Source: Proteromonas lacertae (Eukaryota). From it: a stretch of 38,343 nt of DNA. The DNA is taken from assembly GCA_002245135.1 (NCBI GenBank), contig NGBS01000591.1, positions 186,001 to 224,343 of the forward strand, given 5' to 3'. The position numbers and the translations under genes were made by a program. Below the pieces are notes generated by a model, which was not told the DNA's origin, searched no databases, and was given only the letters and a program-made list of their open reading frames with translations. This document shows positions 34,001-38,343 of the stretch, one piece after another; position 1 is the first letter of the stretch, and the number at the start of each line of letters is the position of its first letter.

Positions 34001-36778
34001 GGAAGATTTATCGAATTATCAAGATCTTATGATTCTTCTTATTTGATAGGAAGTACTTTAATTTCCAGTCCATCTGAGTTATTAACAACAATGAATCAAA
34101 TAGCAACATCATATAACAATTACAATAAAGGAAATCCAAGTGATACATTTGTTGAATGGAAGAATAATATGAATGAAATAATGAAATATAATGAAGAATC
34201 TTGCTTATTCTTCAAACCTGGTTTGATAATGACAAGTTTTATAACTGATGAAACATTGATATTAAATCATTTTGATCTTATAAGTGAATCTGTTTTACCC
34301 AGAATAACAGGATTATTGGAATTATATAAAGGTTCAATGAAATATGAGAAGAATATTGACAATCAATATGTTTATTCAGTTTATGAAGATATAATGAATC
34401 AAATAAAAGATATAAGGAGTTTTATTCCACCCAAGATGATAGGAGTAATAAGTGATAGTGATTTTAATAGAATTAATGATAAATCTTTATTCTTGCCAAT
34501 CTATTGTCCAAATCCAACAGAAACAGAATTGATCAGAAGATTTCCATTATGTAAAGATATAATTGGATACCCATTACACTTTTACACATTAGAGAATAGA
34601 ATACAGAAGTATTTTAGAAATCCAATTGATTCAATGTTTTATTTAGATTATATATCAAGAAATCATCAATCAAGATATGAATTACTAAGATCTAAGAAAG
34701 CCAAATCTGTTTCTCAACCATTACAAAGACTATTCAAATTAGATAATAAGAATTCTGAAGAAGTATCAGCGAATTTGGATGTTGATGGATTATTGAAAGA
34801 AGTATTTAGTGTTAGTTTTATGGATGTGTATGATAAGATTCAAGATTATTTGAATAAGAATATTCAAGAATCATTTTATATAGTTCCAACCACAGTTCAT
34901 ATGATATTGACATTATTATTAGGAATACAATCGAATTTACCAGTGATATTAGAAGGTGATCCAGGTGTTGGTAAATCAGTAACAGCTCAACATGTCTATA
35001 ATGCTTTGGATATTCCAATATTCAGATTTAATTTATCACCAAATATAACAATTCAAGAATTATTTGGTAGTTTAACAATTGGATCTGATCAAAATCAAGA
35101 AAGAAAACCAGGTATAATAACAACAGAATTAGAAAATCATAAAGATGATGAAGAAATAGGATTTCTATTTGATGAATTGAATTTAGCTCCATCTGATGTA
35201 TTGGATGAGTTTTACACATTTATAAAATGTTGTACTGATAAGAATAAAACAACATTTGATGCTCCTGGTTATGGAACAATAGAATTGCCAAAGAAAGTTA
35301 ATATAGTTTGTACTTTAAATCCTGCTTCAATGACAAGTAACAGATCTTCTTTATCAAGTAATTTATTAACAATTAGTCTATACCATAATGATATATCATA
35401 TCAATTATCTGAATTATTGACAATAGGCAAACAAATATTAAAACAAAGTGAAAATCCAGAAGATGGAGCTGAAGATATAGAAAAGTTCAATCAAATAATC
35501 AATCAATTATTTGAACAATCCTTAAGACTTGGAAAACAAATAGGTATTGGATTTACATTGAGAGAACCAATCAAAGCAATAGAAGTGTGGAGAAGTTTTG
35601 ATATAAAAGCTGATATAAAAGCAGCTTTATGGTTGACATTTGGATGTAAATACAATCAGTATGATATTCAAGAAATTGAGAAAGTTTTATCAATCAATAA
35701 TAAGATGGATATAAAACTGATAGGTAAAGAAGAAAATACATTATTAACAGGTCCTTGGTCAATTCCATTCTCAAAAGAATCTTGTGGATTTGATTTTAAT
35801 CAATTTACAACCTCAGAAAAATCCTTAGCTTATAAAATAGCTTTATCATATATATCCAAAAGAGCAGTGATATTATATGGTCCATCTCCATCTGGTAAAA
35901 GTTTTGTATTAAGAAGATTAGCAGAATTATATAATCAGACATTGATAGTTGTTCCATTGAATAGTGAAAGTACAAGTTCTTTATTAATAGGTAGAATGGA
36001 ATTAGTTTCATGTGGAGAAGAAAAGAAAACTTCATTAGAGTTTAAGAAAGGTCCATTATTAACAGCTATAGAAAAAGGATGTTGGATAGTAATAGAAGAT
36101 ATAAATCTAGCAAGTGGTGATATTTTGGAAAGATTAAACTCATTATGTGAAGAAAATCCAGAATTGAAAATAACTGAATATAATGGTGAAAATGGAGATG
36201 AAGAAATAAGATATACAAGAGATAATCCCAAAGCTGAATATAGAATTCATGATAATTTCCGAATTTATTTCTCTTTTTCAACAACCAATCTAGCAACAAT
36301 TCCAGCTCCATTGTTAAGTCGTTGTATAGAGATATATGCTAATCCATTAAACACAGTAGAATCTGCTCAAGAATTGTGTTATATAAAAGAAAAAGAGGAT
36401 GAAGTGAAATGTTTTGGAAAAGAAATTCCAATTAATTTCAGAAATATACTGAGATATTTGAATAATCCAAATGATGAAAGTTATGAATTTGAATTTCATA
36501 TGAGAAGAGAATCAAAATATCCAATATTAGTAAAACCTCCAGAAACTAATACATCAAATATAAGTATATTAATCAAAAGATTGAAAGATAAGAATGTTGA
36601 TAAAATTGAAGATTTGATAGAACAAGTAATGAATGATAGTATATTGATGTTTAACAGGAAAAGAAGTAATAGTGAACATTCCCAAATATACCAAATAATC
36701 AATTCTAACTACACATCATCATTATTGTATTATCCACTTTATCAGATATATTCAACAGTGAATAAGAATTTTTGGTAA
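31046..36778 (+). CDS. Giant midasin/dynein-related protein with six tandem AAA modules
   Basis: Walker A-like GKTSSAKT, GHKESGKS, GDPGVGKS and GPSPSGKS. Walker B LLDELSLA, LFDELNLA and VIEDINLA. ERLNSL and HPNFRI/FRIIATQNP motifs. Intronless ORF whose frame is open upstream to 30887. Confidence 0.85.
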   Translation: MNNIPEETSNVKADYTINNIIHYHPFVKCSILIQYNDTKEIDCISLDNLYIRTKGIVYSSLPSTLICGLDYVVNGSKIGFQYRQENKKKNFTLPLLKTKKGNNIIPEKIYFHQICECKEKSYRFPSLRNKSVTCHSDIMIIHSPNESLEVIDEDTGKKIICKPYRDVTAINKRSQAVLTENALKRMKIIEDGIEKNTPLLVEGKTSSAKTFTVEQVCMNGQIPLIRYNFSPSSVIDELIGNVIIKTIDGKSTPIFQLGPFSEAFIEGKVILLDELSLANAEVVQAIMNVLDSHELYVDSIGSGYTKYDMNPSFRIIATQNPAGSIYKRTKIDETMMSRFRYIDSRFFPEITREELNKILESIGKISKSNVNDILNSHQNALANHPDRVYTLRDCIRANTLITSAKCSSKIATEIVYGDILLTNKLNLSKPLEISKSTLFPLNETIWNNLCQYIKAIFKSGCHILLCSENEYTARKYVLSYLQSIHDNEKLNIIRCTSGTTTENLVGMFQLEGNNNNEENGNDIKIAPKWHDSPLVKSIINGETCFLQSLDNMKSNSIERLNSLLEIIPNDGCKQKVRFDERIEEPEIDIHPNFRIIASVSKNGLMKFSPALINRFILVTLPDEKIENAFEESDENKKEMINTFCESFFKEETKKHINELTKYYEKHSKYLECYEGLFEGIEERRELLSELLISLITHRSIALFGHKESGKSYLIEQLLNGSYNPIKSLALYISPETEIDQLLGFFTKDREFHRGVVISAMEEGVVLMIEHSHLLSSDILQLFETFIDPTTNEFEYMNKIFKIHPSFRVIFNFTTSGDRKPTQSIPCYCPSFEIKEYTNEEKSKIFDLPKEIFENDLFSMTQLHYLIPLKSIYKDMLPYLLGLYCDESKISLLDEIFKDIIKNTTIETFLKSKINFVKEKNHYTLSKYNISTTCELNKISDNVDNWYLESLFRLSLLSSSDCQAPVLYITCESFQMSLMNDLYEDNGRFIELSRSYDSSYLIGSTLISSPSELLTTMNQIATSYNNYNKGNPSDTFVEWKNNMNEIMKYNEESCLFFKPGLIMTSFITDETLILNHFDLISESVLPRITGLLELYKGSMKYEKNIDNQYVYSVYEDIMNQIKDIRSFIPPKMIGVISDSDFNRINDKSLFLPIYCPNPTETELIRRFPLCKDIIGYPLHFYTLENRIQKYFRNPIDSMFYLDYISRNHQSRYELLRSKKAKSVSQPLQRLFKLDNKNSEEVSANLDVDGLLKEVFSVSFMDVYDKIQDYLNKNIQESFYIVPTTVHMILTLLLGIQSNLPVILEGDPGVGKSVTAQHVYNALDIPIFRFNLSPNITIQELFGSLTIGSDQNQERKPGIITTELENHKDDEEIGFLFDELNLAPSDVLDEFYTFIKCCTDKNKTTFDAPGYGTIELPKKVNIVCTLNPASMTSNRSSLSSNLLTISLYHNDISYQLSELLTIGKQILKQSENPEDGAEDIEKFNQIINQLFEQSLRLGKQIGIGFTLREPIKAIEVWRSFDIKADIKAALWLTFGCKYNQYDIQEIEKVLSINNKMDIKLIGKEENTLLTGPWSIPFSKESCGFDFNQFTTSEKSLAYKIALSYISKRAVILYGPSPSGKSFVLRRLAELYNQTLIVVPLNSESTSSLLIGRMELVSCGEEKKTSLEFKKGPLLTAIEKGCWIVIEDINLASGDILERLNSLCEENPELKITEYNGENGDEEIRYTRDNPKAEYRIHDNFRIYFSFSTTNLATIPAPLLSRCIEIYANPLNTVESAQELCYIKEKEDEVKCFGKEIPINFRNILRYLNNPNDESYEFEFHMRRESKYPILVKPPETNTSNISILIKRLKDKNVDKIEDLIEQVMNDSILMFNRKRSNSEHSQIYQIINSNYTSSLLYYPLYQIYSTVNKNFW

Positions 36779-38343
36779 AAATACAACAATAATTGAATGT
36801 AATCCAATTCTTCAAAGATGGATTTTATTCAAATACTTCAAACTATCTTCATCAGACAAGATGAAATATATTCACAAATGTCCTTTGATTGATATAGAAG
36901 ATAGTGAAATAACAAAATTGAAAGAATATTATAAATTAAAAAAAGATTCAGATGAATTGTTGTTATGTTATATAATAGGTAAGGATAAAGTATTATTGAA
37001 TAATAAAGATTCTCAATGGAATAAATATCAAAATGTGTTTAGTGATATAATTGAAAAGATAGATGAATTAGGTCCAATAGAAGTAATAGAAAATATAATA
37101 AACAAAACACTTCGATTATTGAAAGGTTATTCATCAAATATATCAAGAAGACCAAAAGAAAACACAGGAATGAACTGATTTATTATTTAATGATATTCAA
37201 AGAATATATGATGAATTTGATGAAGCAATGAAAGATACAAGTTTAAAACTGAATAGATTCTATGGAATGGATAAATATTTTGAAGAATATTCTACATTTT
37301 TACTGAAATGAAAGATTTAAAAGCAATATCTATGATAAGAGAACATGAAAAAAGACAAAGACAAATGAATTATAACAAATCAAAAAAGAATTAGCAAAAT
37401 AAAGAGTGGATTTGAAATGGATTTTGAAGAAGAAAAATAATATAGAAGGAATAGATGATGATGCTTATGATTTATTAAAAGATATAAAACAAATAAAAGA
37501 CACATAATCGATTATCATCAATTCAAGATAAAGAAGCAAGATTGTATTTAGAATGTAGTCATTTCTTATATGCTTTAGAAGTGTCAAATACAGCATCAGC
37601 AATAGTTCAATATTATGAATTATTGAGAGAATTAGAAATATCAAAAGATAAGTTAATTCATGATTTTGAGAATTTTGAAGTAATGAAAATCTTTAGAAAT
37701 ATATGTGACAGCTAGAATCAATTATTATGCTAAAACTGTAGATTTGAATTATTATTATTCCATAATTAAAGAAGCTCCATTTTATATTCATGGATCTGTA
37801 ACTCAAGAACAATTAGATAGTGCAATAAATACTTTATTAGATAATGATTGGATTATAAAAGAAAAAAAGAAATGATGATGGTAAAATGAAAATGGATTTA
37901 TCACATATAACTGATAAATGTAATACAGATTATAAGATAAATTAGAATTACACAGGAGAAATCATTAGATATGTAGAAGAAGAAAATGAAAGAGAATTGA
38001 TTTACATAAAGATTATATCATTAGAACCATACAATACACAAGTAAATGTGAACCAGGAACAATAGTATCATCATCTGATTTAAAAGTATGAATATCAATT
38101 AAAAATATAATATGAAAAGTGAACCTTTGTTTATATCTATGAAGGAATATATTTCTTCACTGCCATTTCATGATAAATTAGTTTTAATATGTCCATTATT
38201 ACACAATGAATTATCAGATATTGTGTTAGAAATATTGAGTGAAATATCATTGAAAGATTTCTTAAAACAAATCCTATTCTAAAATCAATAGATGATATAA
38301 TTCCAAAAACAGATGAATATCTTCAAAATGAATATAAAAATGG
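36779..38343 (+). pseudogene. Frameshifted or stop-interrupted continuation of the AAA gene (pseudogene or poor consensus)
   Basis: Same GAA/GAT/AAA-rich coding-like composition in short frames (for example 36861-37178) with no intron signals at the breaks. Confidence 0.55.

Overview
AT-rich, extremely compact eukaryotic genomic DNA. It carries about 18 protein genes split by about 51 tiny (23-44 nt) GT-AG introns, plus one tRNA-Trp. Intron size, gene density and He_PIG Ig repeats suggest a Blastocystis-like stramenopile (inference). Genes in order: UBL-like gene (partial), ThiM, NAA38/LSMD1, NEK kinase, tandem-MYG1+SPRY, PP1 inhibitor-2, two LITAF genes, PH/ZnF-ankyrin, GST-ArgRS, ARP4, DYRKP, tRNA-Trp, DP-like, SEC63, pseudokinase-Ig, BRCA2 (12 near-identical BRC repeats), and a UBL paralogue followed by a giant midasin-like AAA gene. 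Main finding: four unrelated genes can best be put back in frame by removing 47-59 nt introns that have U12 (minor spliceosome) 5' and branch signals but all end in AA. These are AT-AA introns, with no AT-AC seen. They make up about 7% of the introns in the window and three of four are phase 0. Scattered single-base insertions and stops towards the window ends may be consensus errors.
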